Below are positions 29,140 to 38,586 of a DNA stretch of 64,000 nucleotides, one piece after another; positions within the stretch are counted from its first letter, which is position 1; each line of letters starts with the position of its first letter. Source of the stretch: a virus; the IMG/VR virus record IMGVR_UViG_3300046694_000223, positions 102,581-166,580 of that record; one strand, given 5' to 3'. The notes beneath the pieces were generated by a model. The model was not told the DNA's origin. It searched no databases and saw only the letters and a program-made list of their open reading frames with translations. Position numbers and translations under genes: made by a program.

Positions 29140-29302
29140 ATACTGAGTATACTATCTATTATTTATATATTATATATAGGTTTTATGTTTATATTTATAC
29201 ATGGTATTTTATGCAGACATGTTTTACCATCCTGACTTGCATTATTTCCAATAGTGACTTGCATAAAATACCATCCTGCCTTGCATAAAATACCATTAGG
29301 TT
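29140..29302. repeat. Candidate replication origin: AT-rich tract plus four 22-bp iterons and one inverted copy
   Basis: TTGCAT at 29237, 29259, 29281 (22-bp period; unit TTGCATAAAATACCATCCTGMC); inverted ATGGTATTTTATGCA at 29201-29215. Confidence 0.7.
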
Positions 29303-29332
29303 AATATTCCCGTCAAATCAATAAAAAAGAGA

Positions 29333-29959
29333 CTAAAGAATATTCTCTAGTCTCACACTGTAATGGTTATTATATTTACTAAAAATAACCTTATCATTAT
29401 CATCATATCTGTAATCTGTTCCAAGCTTATGTTTATCGATATGTAGTAACTTTTCCTTCTTCAATATCTCATTGTACTTAACAATTGTCTTACTGTTCAA
29501 GCCTGTCTCAGCAGATATTGTTTTAATACTTGTATAGCAGAACTGATTATTTGTGATCTTTCTATTGATATAGCTCTCATAATAAAACAACAATCTAACT
29601 CCATTGGCCCCAATAGTACCATAATATTTCATGATGTTCATATATACTTGAGTAAAATTGGACTTCACTTTCAGTAATTCATTATTCAAAGCAACTTTTC
29701 CAACAGAGTGTGAATCAATTGATACTGGATTTAATAAATATCCCTCATCGTATATCTTTGTTAATGATTTTTTAATTGTTCTGTTATCATTAATGTCAAA
29801 GATATCTTTTAAGTGTGACTTACTATGTATTATAAACTCAGATGAACTATTCTCAAATTCCAATTCTTTAAACTTTGTTATGATCATAAATTCTAAAGAT
29901 GAAACATTGGGATTACGAATAACTTGATTTGGTATCTGAACATGTCTAATATTACTCAT
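29333..29959 (-). CDS. Putative replication initiator (tandem winged-HTH)
   Basis: Two HTH-like halves, e.g. FCYTSIKTISAETGLNSKTIVKYNEILKKEKLL; adjacent to iterons. Confidence 0.6.
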   Translation of the reverse strand: MSNIRHVQIPNQVIRNPNVSSLEFMIITKFKELEFENSSSEFIIHSKSHLKDIFDINDNRTIKKSLTKIYDEGYLLNPVSIDSHSVGKVALNNELLKVKSNFTQVYMNIMKYYGTIGANGVRLLFYYESYINRKITNNQFCYTSIKTISAETGLNSKTIVKYNEILKKEKLLHIDKHKLGTDYRYDDNDKVIFSKYNNHYSVRLENIL

Positions 29960-32237
29960 TTTTCACAGCAGCCTTTAAGAGATCGCAAAGATGTGTATTT
30001 CTTCTCATATTATCAACCTTACGAATAGCGAAATTCAGCGTTTCAGCCTGAGTCAAGAATATACACTTCTTCTTACTACGTGTAATGGCTGTATATACAA
30101 GGTTTGCAGACGCTTGATACTTATTTGATTTATCCAAAATACATAGTGTTGCCTCTGAACCGCTACCCTGGCTTTTGTGAATTGTATAACACCAACTATG
30201 TAATAACTGCATTGCCAACCCGAAATCCAATCTTACTACGGAATCATCAAACTGAATAATAATCCCTTTCTTTTCACTTTCTCTAATTTGATCATCATCG
30301 TCTACATCGTATTTATTCACAGGTCTTTTCTCATCTTCAAATTTAATATCAATTATAATTCCAGAATCGCCATTCACCACGTCTGTTCCTTCGTCATCAA
30401 TATTTGGAATGTCGTACATATTAACAGTGTTCATGACAAAATCATTTACTCGAATTATGTTCTCTTTCTCATATCCATATTCGTATTGCTTCTTCGCGCC
30501 ATCATCTGGATTAACAACCGATTGTATATATTTATTTATTTCAACTGTTCCAAGTTTTCCTTTCTTTGTTGGAGTTAAAACCATAATATCTTCAGGCGGA
30601 AACAATTTCATTAATACGTTATAATATCCTTTATAGTGAGATTCCATATTACATTGATCTACACAATGTAAAAGAAAATCTTCTCCAAACAGTATCTTAT
30701 CATTAACAAAACTGTCTTTGACAAAGTGTTTTCCTTGACGGATCTTCGTTGCAATGTCCAGGATTCCACCTTTATCTTGTCTAAATACAATATCTAGCTT
30801 CGTAAGAGGGATTGTTCCGCACTGGATTATATCATGAAGGAAGTTCCCGGCCTGAATACTGAGGAGTTGAAAGTCGTCACCTACAAAAAGTAGTCTTGTT
30901 TTAGGATTCTTAATTTTAGCCAGCAACGAAGATAAAATAAATACGTCTGTCATTCCTGATTCATCCATAATCACGAAGTCTTCATAAATCTCATATAGAT
31001 GTTCTTCGTCTTTTCCACCTCGACCATACCCAATCTTTCTATGTGTGGTTAGTGCATTAAATCCGGTATATTTCTTTGTAACCTTAGCAGCCTTTGCCGA
31101 AGGAGATACCATTGTGTAAGTTAAACCCAGCCAATCCAATAATTCAATTAGAAACATTTGCATCTGACTTTTTCCGGTTCCTGCGTACCCCACCAACAAG
31201 TTAACCGAATTCTTTTGTATGTTTCTAAAGAAATCCTTTTGTTGATGTGTCAATCCTTTAGGTATAATATCAATATATTTATTCTCTATGTATTTGATAA
31301 ACTCTTCTGGATCAAAATCTAATGGTTCACCATTCTTCAGTATTTCAGTCAATCTTTTTGCAATGTAAAATTCCGCATTATATGTTTTAATTAAAGACAC
31401 TTTATCATCAATAAATTTCAATTCATCAGTCTCATCTAACAGATTATGTATTTGATCAATCTCTAACTCCAACTTTTCTGACGCGTTTCTCAGCAGTTCT
31501 TCCCGGTACATAAAAGTATGTCCGCTTTGCTGGTTCTCGTCAATAGCAAATCTAATTCCGTATTTGATTCGATTAGGATCATCGTGAGCAACACCCATCA
31601 GTTTTGCAATTTTATCTGCTTTCTTGAATCCATATCCGTGAATCCTGGTTAATTCGTATGGATTCTCTTCAATTTTCTGTATAGCTAACTCTTTACTTTT
31701 AAACACTTCTTCGAGCTTTAAAATAACATCATACGTAATTCCATACTTTCCAAGTCTGCTTAAAATTTCTTTATATGCTATGTTTTCAATGATTCTATTT
31801 TTGACTCGTTGGTATACCACTGGTCCAAAACTCTTCACTTTTTTATAATCAAATTTATCATCAACGAATAGTTTAATAATATCTTCATCTGGATAGGTGG
31901 TATAAATTTCCTTCAGTTGTTGTTCAGTTACCATTGTTGCAAGAAAGGACTTTTGACCATCCATTGTTTCTGGAATGTCTTGGTATACAGACAACACATT
32001 GTAACTTGCTCCATACTGAGGATCGATTTTCTCTAACTGAATTTGAGCGTCATATTCAACTCCAATTTCAAGTCTCTGCATCACTCCTTTTATCGAAACT
32101 CGGTTGTAATCATTGAGAATTACATTTTGACTTTCCGTCTTACATGAATAAATTCTAAAATCACCTTTATTGTCTGCTTCTCTTTTTGGATACATCATTC
32201 GATCTGGTGTTAACTTCAACTCAATAATAGGATTCAA
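29952..32237 (-). CDS. recD2: RecD2-like SF1B helicase
   Basis: ENPYEL..IHGYGFKKAD, GYAGTGKS, MDESGM, GDDFQL, TIHKSQGS, YTAITR motifs. Confidence 0.92.
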   Translation of the reverse strand: MNPIIELKLTPDRMMYPKREADNKGDFRIYSCKTESQNVILNDYNRVSIKGVMQRLEIGVEYDAQIQLEKIDPQYGASYNVLSVYQDIPETMDGQKSFLATMVTEQQLKEIYTTYPDEDIIKLFVDDKFDYKKVKSFGPVVYQRVKNRIIENIAYKEILSRLGKYGITYDVILKLEEVFKSKELAIQKIEENPYELTRIHGYGFKKADKIAKLMGVAHDDPNRIKYGIRFAIDENQQSGHTFMYREELLRNASEKLELEIDQIHNLLDETDELKFIDDKVSLIKTYNAEFYIAKRLTEILKNGEPLDFDPEEFIKYIENKYIDIIPKGLTHQQKDFFRNIQKNSVNLLVGYAGTGKSQMQMFLIELLDWLGLTYTMVSPSAKAAKVTKKYTGFNALTTHRKIGYGRGGKDEEHLYEIYEDFVIMDESGMTDVFILSSLLAKIKNPKTRLLFVGDDFQLLSIQAGNFLHDIIQCGTIPLTKLDIVFRQDKGGILDIATKIRQGKHFVKDSFVNDKILFGEDFLLHCVDQCNMESHYKGYYNVLMKLFPPEDIMVLTPTKKGKLGTVEINKYIQSVVNPDDGAKKQYEYGYEKENIIRVNDFVMNTVNMYDIPNIDDEGTDVVNGDSGIIIDIKFEDEKRPVNKYDVDDDDQIRESEKKGIIIQFDDSVVRLDFGLAMQLLHSWCYTIHKSQGSGSEATLCILDKSNKYQASANLVYTAITRSKKKCIFLTQAETLNFAIRKVDNMRRNTHLCDLLKAAVKNE

Positions 32238-33305
32238 TTACTCAACACTCTCCTTTTTATTTTCGATTTTATCATTAACAATTTTCTGTGCATCTCTCTT
32301 CATCTGATGAATCACTCCTTCGTTTTGTCTCATAAGTAATTGAATTAATTCCTCTTTACTTAATTCCTCAAAAACACCATCCTCAATTTTCTCGCCAATT
32401 CTAAGACTCAGGCTATTACTCATGTCATTATCTTTGTGTCTATATTTTTCTGTTACATTGTAACTGCTGTGGTTGTAGTGCTCTTTGGCTTCTTCCAATG
32501 TTCCATACATAGATGCAACGTTTCTGAAGCTATGGAATACAACATTTCTTTGTTCGGAGATACCAAGCTTATCCTTTAAATAAGTCATCATATCCTGAAT
32601 TGCCCCAGTGCTTAAGTGAAATATTTTATTATCATTGTATCTCGCATAATACTTCTGATCCTTGATTTTCAGTAGATACTGATAAAGATCTTCTGAAATT
32701 GGAACAGTATGCTTCTTACCACATTTACCGATTACAGTCACTTCGTAATATTTATTACTTGGATGTTTTACAATGTCATTCCATTCTAATTTACGTAGCG
32801 AATCCTTACGAAAGCTTGTTGTGTATGCCATTCTAATCAATGCCGATTTTTCTACTCCTTTGACAGTAGCAACAATAATATCTGCCATTTTTTCAGCCTC
32901 ATGAGTATAGAGCGCCCCACATCTTACCGAGTCATCAGCAAGTGGATTGATTCTGGTGGTAACCGATTTAACATCATAATCATTCTTCTCCAGGAACACG
33001 TACAGTGATTGGATGGCAGCAATGACATTGTTGATTGAAGTGTTAGTGTATTGTCTTTCTCCTTCTTCATCAAGAATTTCTTTTAGAAAGTTTCGGTATT
33101 TCAAAACATCTGCATTTCGGATGTATAAGTCCTCTCTTGTTAAGAGTTCAAGGTCTTTACCTTTAAACCATTGAAAGAACTTTCTCAAACCACGTTCATA
33201 ATTTTCAGATGTGTGTTTGCTTTCAAATCCTTTTAGGTGTGTCTGGATATCCTCCCACACACTTCCCGTATGTAATCCCACTACATTATTTGTTACAGTA
33301 CTCAT
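32238..33305 (-). CDS. Tyrosine recombinase with intact catalytic set (likely start MSTVTN)
   Basis: R (TTSFRK), K (GKCGK), HxxR (FHSFR), H (NHSS), Y (TEKY); AAGGAAGGTG RBS. Confidence 0.85.
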   Translation of the reverse strand: MSTVTNNVVGLHTGSVWEDIQTHLKGFESKHTSENYERGLRKFFQWFKGKDLELLTREDLYIRNADVLKYRNFLKEILDEEGERQYTNTSINNVIAAIQSLYVFLEKNDYDVKSVTTRINPLADDSVRCGALYTHEAEKMADIIVATVKGVEKSALIRMAYTTSFRKDSLRKLEWNDIVKHPSNKYYEVTVIGKCGKKHTVPISEDLYQYLLKIKDQKYYARYNDNKIFHLSTGAIQDMMTYLKDKLGISEQRNVVFHSFRNVASMYGTLEEAKEHYNHSSYNVTEKYRHKDNDMSNSLSLRIGEKIEDGVFEELSKEELIQLLMRQNEGVIHQMKRDAQKIVNDKIENKKESVE

Positions 33306-33380
33306 ATTGTTCACCTTCCTTCTTGTAGATATTGTTTTTAATAAATTCATTGTGTCTGCATCCATCTGTCTCATAAACAC

Positions 33381-33538
33381 ATCATATCACATTATTATGT
33401 TTATGTATATATTTATTCATTAAATTCTTCATCTTTTTTGTTATATATAATGAAGCAACATAGAACCCTCTTCATGTGTTGTCCGGTAAATTTAATAAAT
33501 AAATATATGTTGACGATGCAATATTATCATGTTATATT
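33381..33538. promoter_or_regulatory. Divergent control region: leftward promoter for the recombinase operon and rightward promoter for the RNAP operon
   Basis: Leftward TG-TATGAT with the box over the -35 position; rightward box-TTGACG-17-TATATT. Confidence 0.7.
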
Positions 33539-33629
33539 ATAAACACAGAGAGAGATTGTTAAACACAAGACAAACTCTCCTGAATAAAACATACGAGGGT
33601 ATAAAAGAAAGGGCAAGGGAATACATAAT

Positions 33630-33896
33630 ATGAAAAAAACACAGGAGATTAAAATGAATTATCAAGGGTTTTCAATTAAAGAGATGGAAGATAAGTATTA
33701 TGATGGAGATGCAGATTATCTAGATGAGAAGTTTGTTTCTAAAGGAATGAAAGAAGGATTGAGCGATTGTACGAAGTATTTAGATTCTAATGTGGTAGAC
33801 GATGAAGTACTTTGGATGATGAATAATGCTAATAGTGGAGTGTTTTATAGAGAACCGTTTCAAGGACAATTTAGTTTCACAAATACATATGAATAA
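33630..33896 (+). CDS. Acidic hypothetical protein
   Basis: 88 aa, first gene of the rightward operon. Confidence 0.65.
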   Translation: MKKTQEIKMNYQGFSIKEMEDKYYDGDADYLDEKFVSKGMKEGLSDCTKYLDSNVVDDEVLWMMNNANSGVFYREPFQGQFSFTNTYE

Positions 33897-33930
33897 ATAT
33901 AGTTTAATAAATACATAAGGAGTTGAATTA

Positions 33931-34230
33931 ATGAGAGAATATAAAATTAATAATTTTGAGGAAGCAATGACAGTTTTAAATCAGGCAAAAGAATGTAATA
34001 GACAGTTTGAAATTTCGGGAGCTTATGATATCGACGATGAGCACTACTCTTCTTATATACAAGAAAGATATATATTTTGTTTGAGTTATTTTTTCCTTGG
34101 TAAAATGTTAATAAACAATGAAAATACATCTAAAGCAATGATATTCGAATTTACTATTTGGGATTATATTGCAGGAAGAATCAGTATGAAAAAGTTAATT
34201 AAGTGCTTGAAAAGTGAAAATCTAATATAA
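33931..34230 (+). CDS. Hypothetical phage protein
   Basis: 99 aa, AAGGAG RBS. Confidence 0.65.
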   Translation: MREYKINNFEEAMTVLNQAKECNRQFEISGAYDIDDEHYSSYIQERYIFCLSYFFLGKMLINNENTSKAMIFEFTIWDYIAGRISMKKLIKCLKSENLI

Positions 34231-34245
34231 CCGGAGGAAAATTTA

Positions 34246-37035
34246 TTGGCAAAGCAAAAGACGAGTCTTAAATACATACTAAAAATTAATTCCACTAGAA
34301 TCCGCAAAGCGAACTGGGACTTGAAAATTTCATTGTCTGAAGCCTTAGATAATGACGAGATTGTTTCTTTAGCAGATAGTTCCGTAATTAGATTCATTAA
34401 ACAAATACATAGAGAACAATCTGATAATGACTTAGATATTGAAAAAGAAATCAAAAAAGTAAAAAATGAAATTAAAAAGATAAAAAAAGAATCTAATTCG
34501 ACTGAAAACAGGGCAAAAATCAAGAAACTATACATAAAACTTAATGATTTGAGATATGTCCCAGAATACATATGCGTTATCATTGATAAAATTTCTGATT
34601 TTGACAGAATGAATAGAAAAAAAGGATTTTATATTAACGGGAAAAGATTTAACCGCCTATTGGCAACGACTGGTGGCGCAAAAAACAGTACCGTCGTTTA
34701 TATGAGTGAAGATATACATGAAATAATCAATAATAAAATCGACAATGGGAGAAATAAAAATACTACGTTTGTTCCAGCAAAATTAGAGGCTTATAAAGCT
34801 TTGTCTTGTAGCGCAAGTGTACCTGTCTCAGATCCAAAGGGAATTATTGTTGTAAAAGATTGTATTACCTCATTCAAGGAAAATGTAATTAGGATATATG
34901 ATGAAGAAGACAGTAAATTCCCTAAAATGGAAGAAGTGGATGATTATTTATGTGAAAACAATGCAAGCGATGGGTTCGGTTTGGCGCTACCTTCTCTTCT
35001 GGAGAGATGGAATAAGGAGCTTGGAGAAGATTATGTTCCCAGTGGTATGTGTATAAGAGGAAGTTTCATCAAAGGTATGATATTCCCCTTTATGTATACA
35101 GATTTTGCTGATACGATAGCAAAAAAAGATACTGTGATAGATATATGGGGAGACGAAAGGAATATCCATGATGCGGAACTAATACTTACCGAATCAATGT
35201 TAAAGCTGTGGGGTTCTTATGATAATATGGAACACTACTTGAGATGTTGCAAGGAAAATTCCTATACTCTGAGTGTCACTAAAGTTGCTCCAGAAAAACT
35301 AGAGAACCAAAGAAATCTCAACTATCAATTTATACAGTCTCTTGATCTGAGTGATGAACAGATTGATTCGTTAATTTACCCGACAATAAGAATGATTAAA
35401 GATTCTTTGGGCGATGACCATATGAAGTCCCTCCTATTTCTTAGAGGAGATCATCTAACAGACGAAAATGTACTAAGCAGCCAATATGATTTTTCAATGG
35501 CAATAATGGCAGATCATCGAATGAATAATGACCCATTTATTAAAAATAGAATTTATGACATGATTTCTAAAAGAATAGATGATGCCAAGAAAGGTGACTT
35601 GATTGTCGAGGGCAATTTTAGTATTGCATCTGGCGACCCCTACTCTCTTTGTCAAAGCATGTTTGGTATTACATCGACAGGAATTTTAAAAGCAGGAGAG
35701 TTTTATAGCAATCACTGGAATGAAAAAGGTATTAGTGAAGTGGTTGCATTTAGAGCGCCAATGACATTACACAATAATATTCGTACATTTAAATTGATTA
35801 AATCAGAAGAGACTGAACAATGGTACAAATATATGAAAACTGTAACAATCGTGAATTCATTTGATAGTACAGCAAATGCTCTAAACGGTATGGATTTCGA
35901 TGCCGACTTAGTATTGACTGTTAACAATGATATTATTAAAGGTGCTGTAAGAAACCTAAAGCCAATTATTTGTACTCAGAAAAGTGCCGACAAGACCATT
36001 CCAAACGAACAATCTCTAATTAAGGCCAATAAACTCTCCTTTGGTGATGAGATTGGAGCAGTTACAAATAGGGGTACGGCAATGTATGATGTGCTTGCTA
36101 CACTGGATAAGAACAGTAATGAATATAAAGAAGTTTTATATCGTATTACATGTGTTCAGCATTATCAGCAAAATGCAATAGACAAAACAAAGGGCATACA
36201 GAGTAATCCTATGCCAAAGGAGTGGTATGATAAAAAATCAAATGAAATAAACGAAAAAGATAATGATGAAATCAAAGAACTAAAAAGGCTTAACAATCTT
36301 ATTGTTGCAGATAAAAAACCATATTTCTTCATATACATATATCCTCATCTAATGAAAAAATATAAAAGGTATGTCGCAAACAACAACACTAACTGCAATT
36401 ATCGATTTGGTATTTCTCTGAAACAAATGTTAAATAAAAAAAATAAGTCTGAGGAAGAAAAAGAGTTCATTGAATCTTACCTAGAAGACTTCCCAGTATC
36501 ACTTGCTAACTCTACAATGAACAGAATTTGTTGGAAGATTGAAAACGAATTTAAAACTCCAACAAAAAAGAGCAAGGATATTATATTTGATTATAAAATA
36601 ATGAAATCTTCTAAATATTACGACAAATCTCTTAAAAAGAGAATCATTGAACTACATAATGAACATAATCAAAAAGTTCAATCTCACATGAGATCAGTTA
36701 AAAATTCTAGAGAGGACGATGAAACTAAAACAGAAAAAAGACAAAGATTCACAGAAGAATTTAAAAGAAAGGCCCTTGATGTATGTAGCGATATTGAAGA
36801 GTTAACAAATGTTATTATAGATATCTGTTATAAAGAAAAAACAGGCAAGACTAAACAATTTTTGTGGGATGTGTGTGGAGAACGAATCATTAAAAACCTT
36901 CTTCGGAACAATGATGAGAAGATTAGATTTCCAACGCAAGATGAAAGCGGTGATATTTATTATGGTGGACTGAGATTTAAAGAAATCGAGAAAAATTACA
37001 ATGAGGTGGGCTTAGATGAAATTGATTTTGAATGA
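34246..37035 (+). CDS. yonO: YonO-like single-subunit DNA-dependent RNA polymerase
   Basis: 929 aa; NGMDFDAD catalytic DxDxD loop, FRAP motif, IDKTKG; position upstream of HU and morphogenesis genes as in SPbeta. Confidence 0.85.
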   Translation: MAKQKTSLKYILKINSTRIRKANWDLKISLSEALDNDEIVSLADSSVIRFIKQIHREQSDNDLDIEKEIKKVKNEIKKIKKESNSTENRAKIKKLYIKLNDLRYVPEYICVIIDKISDFDRMNRKKGFYINGKRFNRLLATTGGAKNSTVVYMSEDIHEIINNKIDNGRNKNTTFVPAKLEAYKALSCSASVPVSDPKGIIVVKDCITSFKENVIRIYDEEDSKFPKMEEVDDYLCENNASDGFGLALPSLLERWNKELGEDYVPSGMCIRGSFIKGMIFPFMYTDFADTIAKKDTVIDIWGDERNIHDAELILTESMLKLWGSYDNMEHYLRCCKENSYTLSVTKVAPEKLENQRNLNYQFIQSLDLSDEQIDSLIYPTIRMIKDSLGDDHMKSLLFLRGDHLTDENVLSSQYDFSMAIMADHRMNNDPFIKNRIYDMISKRIDDAKKGDLIVEGNFSIASGDPYSLCQSMFGITSTGILKAGEFYSNHWNEKGISEVVAFRAPMTLHNNIRTFKLIKSEETEQWYKYMKTVTIVNSFDSTANALNGMDFDADLVLTVNNDIIKGAVRNLKPIICTQKSADKTIPNEQSLIKANKLSFGDEIGAVTNRGTAMYDVLATLDKNSNEYKEVLYRITCVQHYQQNAIDKTKGIQSNPMPKEWYDKKSNEINEKDNDEIKELKRLNNLIVADKKPYFFIYIYPHLMKKYKRYVANNNTNCNYRFGISLKQMLNKKNKSEEEKEFIESYLEDFPVSLANSTMNRICWKIENEFKTPTKKSKDIIFDYKIMKSSKYYDKSLKKRIIELHNEHNQKVQSHMRSVKNSREDDETKTEKRQRFTEEFKRKALDVCSDIEELTNVIIDICYKEKTGKTKQFLWDVCGERIIKNLLRNNDEKIRFPTQDESGDIYYGGLRFKEIEKNYNEVGLDEIDFE

Positions 37036-37798
37036 GAAAGAATACATAGATAAAGTATTAAACAACGAGATCGAAAATGATAATCTTTCAGATACTGTTA
37101 GAACATTAGTAAAATATTATGTTGTAAAAGGAAACGATAAAGTAGACATTGCTGATAAAATCGAAGTGTATTTAAAGGATCGATTAAAAGAAAAATATAG
37201 GGTAAAAAAATGGGAAAGTTATATATCCAGTGTCATATCTTCTACTTTTAAAACTAAAAGAAACTATGAGCGCTCTGGAAAAACTTTTCAATTAAACGAA
37301 ATAAACAATGTTTTTGTCTCAGACAACGAACTAGAAAGAATTAAGTTAATTGAAAACTTAAACGCAGAAAAGATAGCATTCGTTTTGTTGGTTTATGGAA
37401 AGATCAATCAAATCATCGGCGGAGATGGTAAAGTAGGTACGTATTGCAACAGAGAGTTCTTTAAAGACTGTGGCCTCTCCTTTTCTAATGCAAATAGAAA
37501 TTTGATTAATCACTTAAAACAATTGGGATATGTAACTCCATCAGATAATCATCAGTCGTCTTTTGTAGAGATTAATATTGCAGATGAAGATAGTGCATAT
37601 GATGAAGAAGACGGAATAAATATTTGCGAATTCAGAGATTTTGTATTACTTTATGAAAAATGGAGAGGTATTAGAGTTGACTATTGTGAGTGTGGCGTTC
37701 CAATTCGTATATCTTCAAATAGAAACAAATATTGCAAGGAGTGTAGCAAGGTTAAGCGAAGAGAAAAACAACGTGAGTGGGATAGGAATAATAGATGA
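37016..37798 (+). CDS. Hypothetical protein with wHTH-like segment and C-terminal Zn-finger
   Basis: CECG...NKYCKEC; overlaps the RNAP stop. Confidence 0.75.
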   Translation: MKLILNEKEYIDKVLNNEIENDNLSDTVRTLVKYYVVKGNDKVDIADKIEVYLKDRLKEKYRVKKWESYISSVISSTFKTKRNYERSGKTFQLNEINNVFVSDNELERIKLIENLNAEKIAFVLLVYGKINQIIGGDGKVGTYCNREFFKDCGLSFSNANRNLINHLKQLGYVTPSDNHQSSFVEINIADEDSAYDEEDGINICEFRDFVLLYEKWRGIRVDYCECGVPIRISSNRNKYCKECSKVKRREKQREWDRNNR

Positions 37799-37939
37799 TG
37801 TAGTAATCCGACATTTAGAAAACACCGAAAAACCATTATAAACACTAGGTTTTTTGACTATTTTTCAAAAACGCTAATAGGGAAGAATAAATATATAATA
37901 TTCTTCTTCATTTTATTAAACTAAGGGAGATATTTAATT

Positions 37940-38260
37940 ATGAATAAACAGGATTTGATCATTGCGGTTGTGGGTAAAACAGGATTGGATAAGAAAACCG
38001 TTACTTTGGCAGTAGAGTCTACTTTTGAAGAAATTGCAAATGCTTTGGCTAACGGCGAAAAGGTATCGCTGCATGGATTTGGAGCATTCGAAGTACGCGA
38101 ACGTGCTGCTCGTCAAGGAGTTAATCCAAAACTGCTTAAGGAATTGAAGGATCAGGGTATTGACGCAGAAGCCGCAAGACTTCAAGCTGCTATTCAAATT
38201 GAGGCAAGTAAAGCTCCTGCTTTTAAAGCCGCAAAATCACTAAAAGACGCTGTTAAATAA
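37940..38260 (+). CDS. hup: HU-family histone-like DNA-binding protein (YonN-like) with arm insertion
   Basis: MNKQDLI...[25 protein letters not shown]...[14 protein letters not shown]. Confidence 0.92.
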   Translation: MNKQDLIIAVVGKTGLDKKTVTLAVESTFEEIANALANGEKVSLHGFGAFEVRERAARQGVNPKLLKELKDQGIDAEAARLQAAIQIEASKAPAFKAAKSLKDAVK

Positions 38261-38299
38261 TAAATATTCATATAAAACAATAGTTTTATCATATATACA

Positions 38300-38560
38300 T
38301 ATTCAAGAGATGTATTATCTCAACTGAAAGTCGATAAGGTAGAAAAGGTTCTCTACACGCTTGGAACGCACGTTGTGTACGCTCCAAGTCATCAGAGATG
38401 CAGGATATGCCGCCCTGCTATCGACTTCGATTAACTTACCCCTGAACAAGGGAACCCGTAAGAAGAAACTGAAAGACTAAGAATGCAATGATATAAGCCG
38501 AAATGGCAAGTTTTATTTAATAGTACACAAGGTTCACAAATGAGGGGATTAACCTCCCCT
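38300..38560 (+). ncRNA. Candidate structured RNA (multibranch fold)
   Basis: AAGTCGATA/TATCGACTT closing stem enclosing three hairpins, plus flanking hairpins; GC-richer than surroundings; no ORF. Confidence 0.5.
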
Positions 38561-38586
38561 CCATCCTACCCAACGAGGTAACGCCT

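Noticed and set aside
27487-29288. ORFs 27487-27762, 27525-27740, 27759-27962 and 28971-29288
   Set aside because: Low-complexity I/Y/H/F-rich translations produced by strand skew; no convincing RBS
32238-33380. Prophage integrase marking an att boundary, or an MrpR-type dead repressor
   Set aside because: Phage genes continue on both sides with no att or tRNA, and all catalytic residues appear intact, unlike MrpR
38328-38427. tRNA gene
   Set aside because: Cloverleaf-like, but no TTC T-loop, no 7-nt anticodon loop and wrong stem lengths
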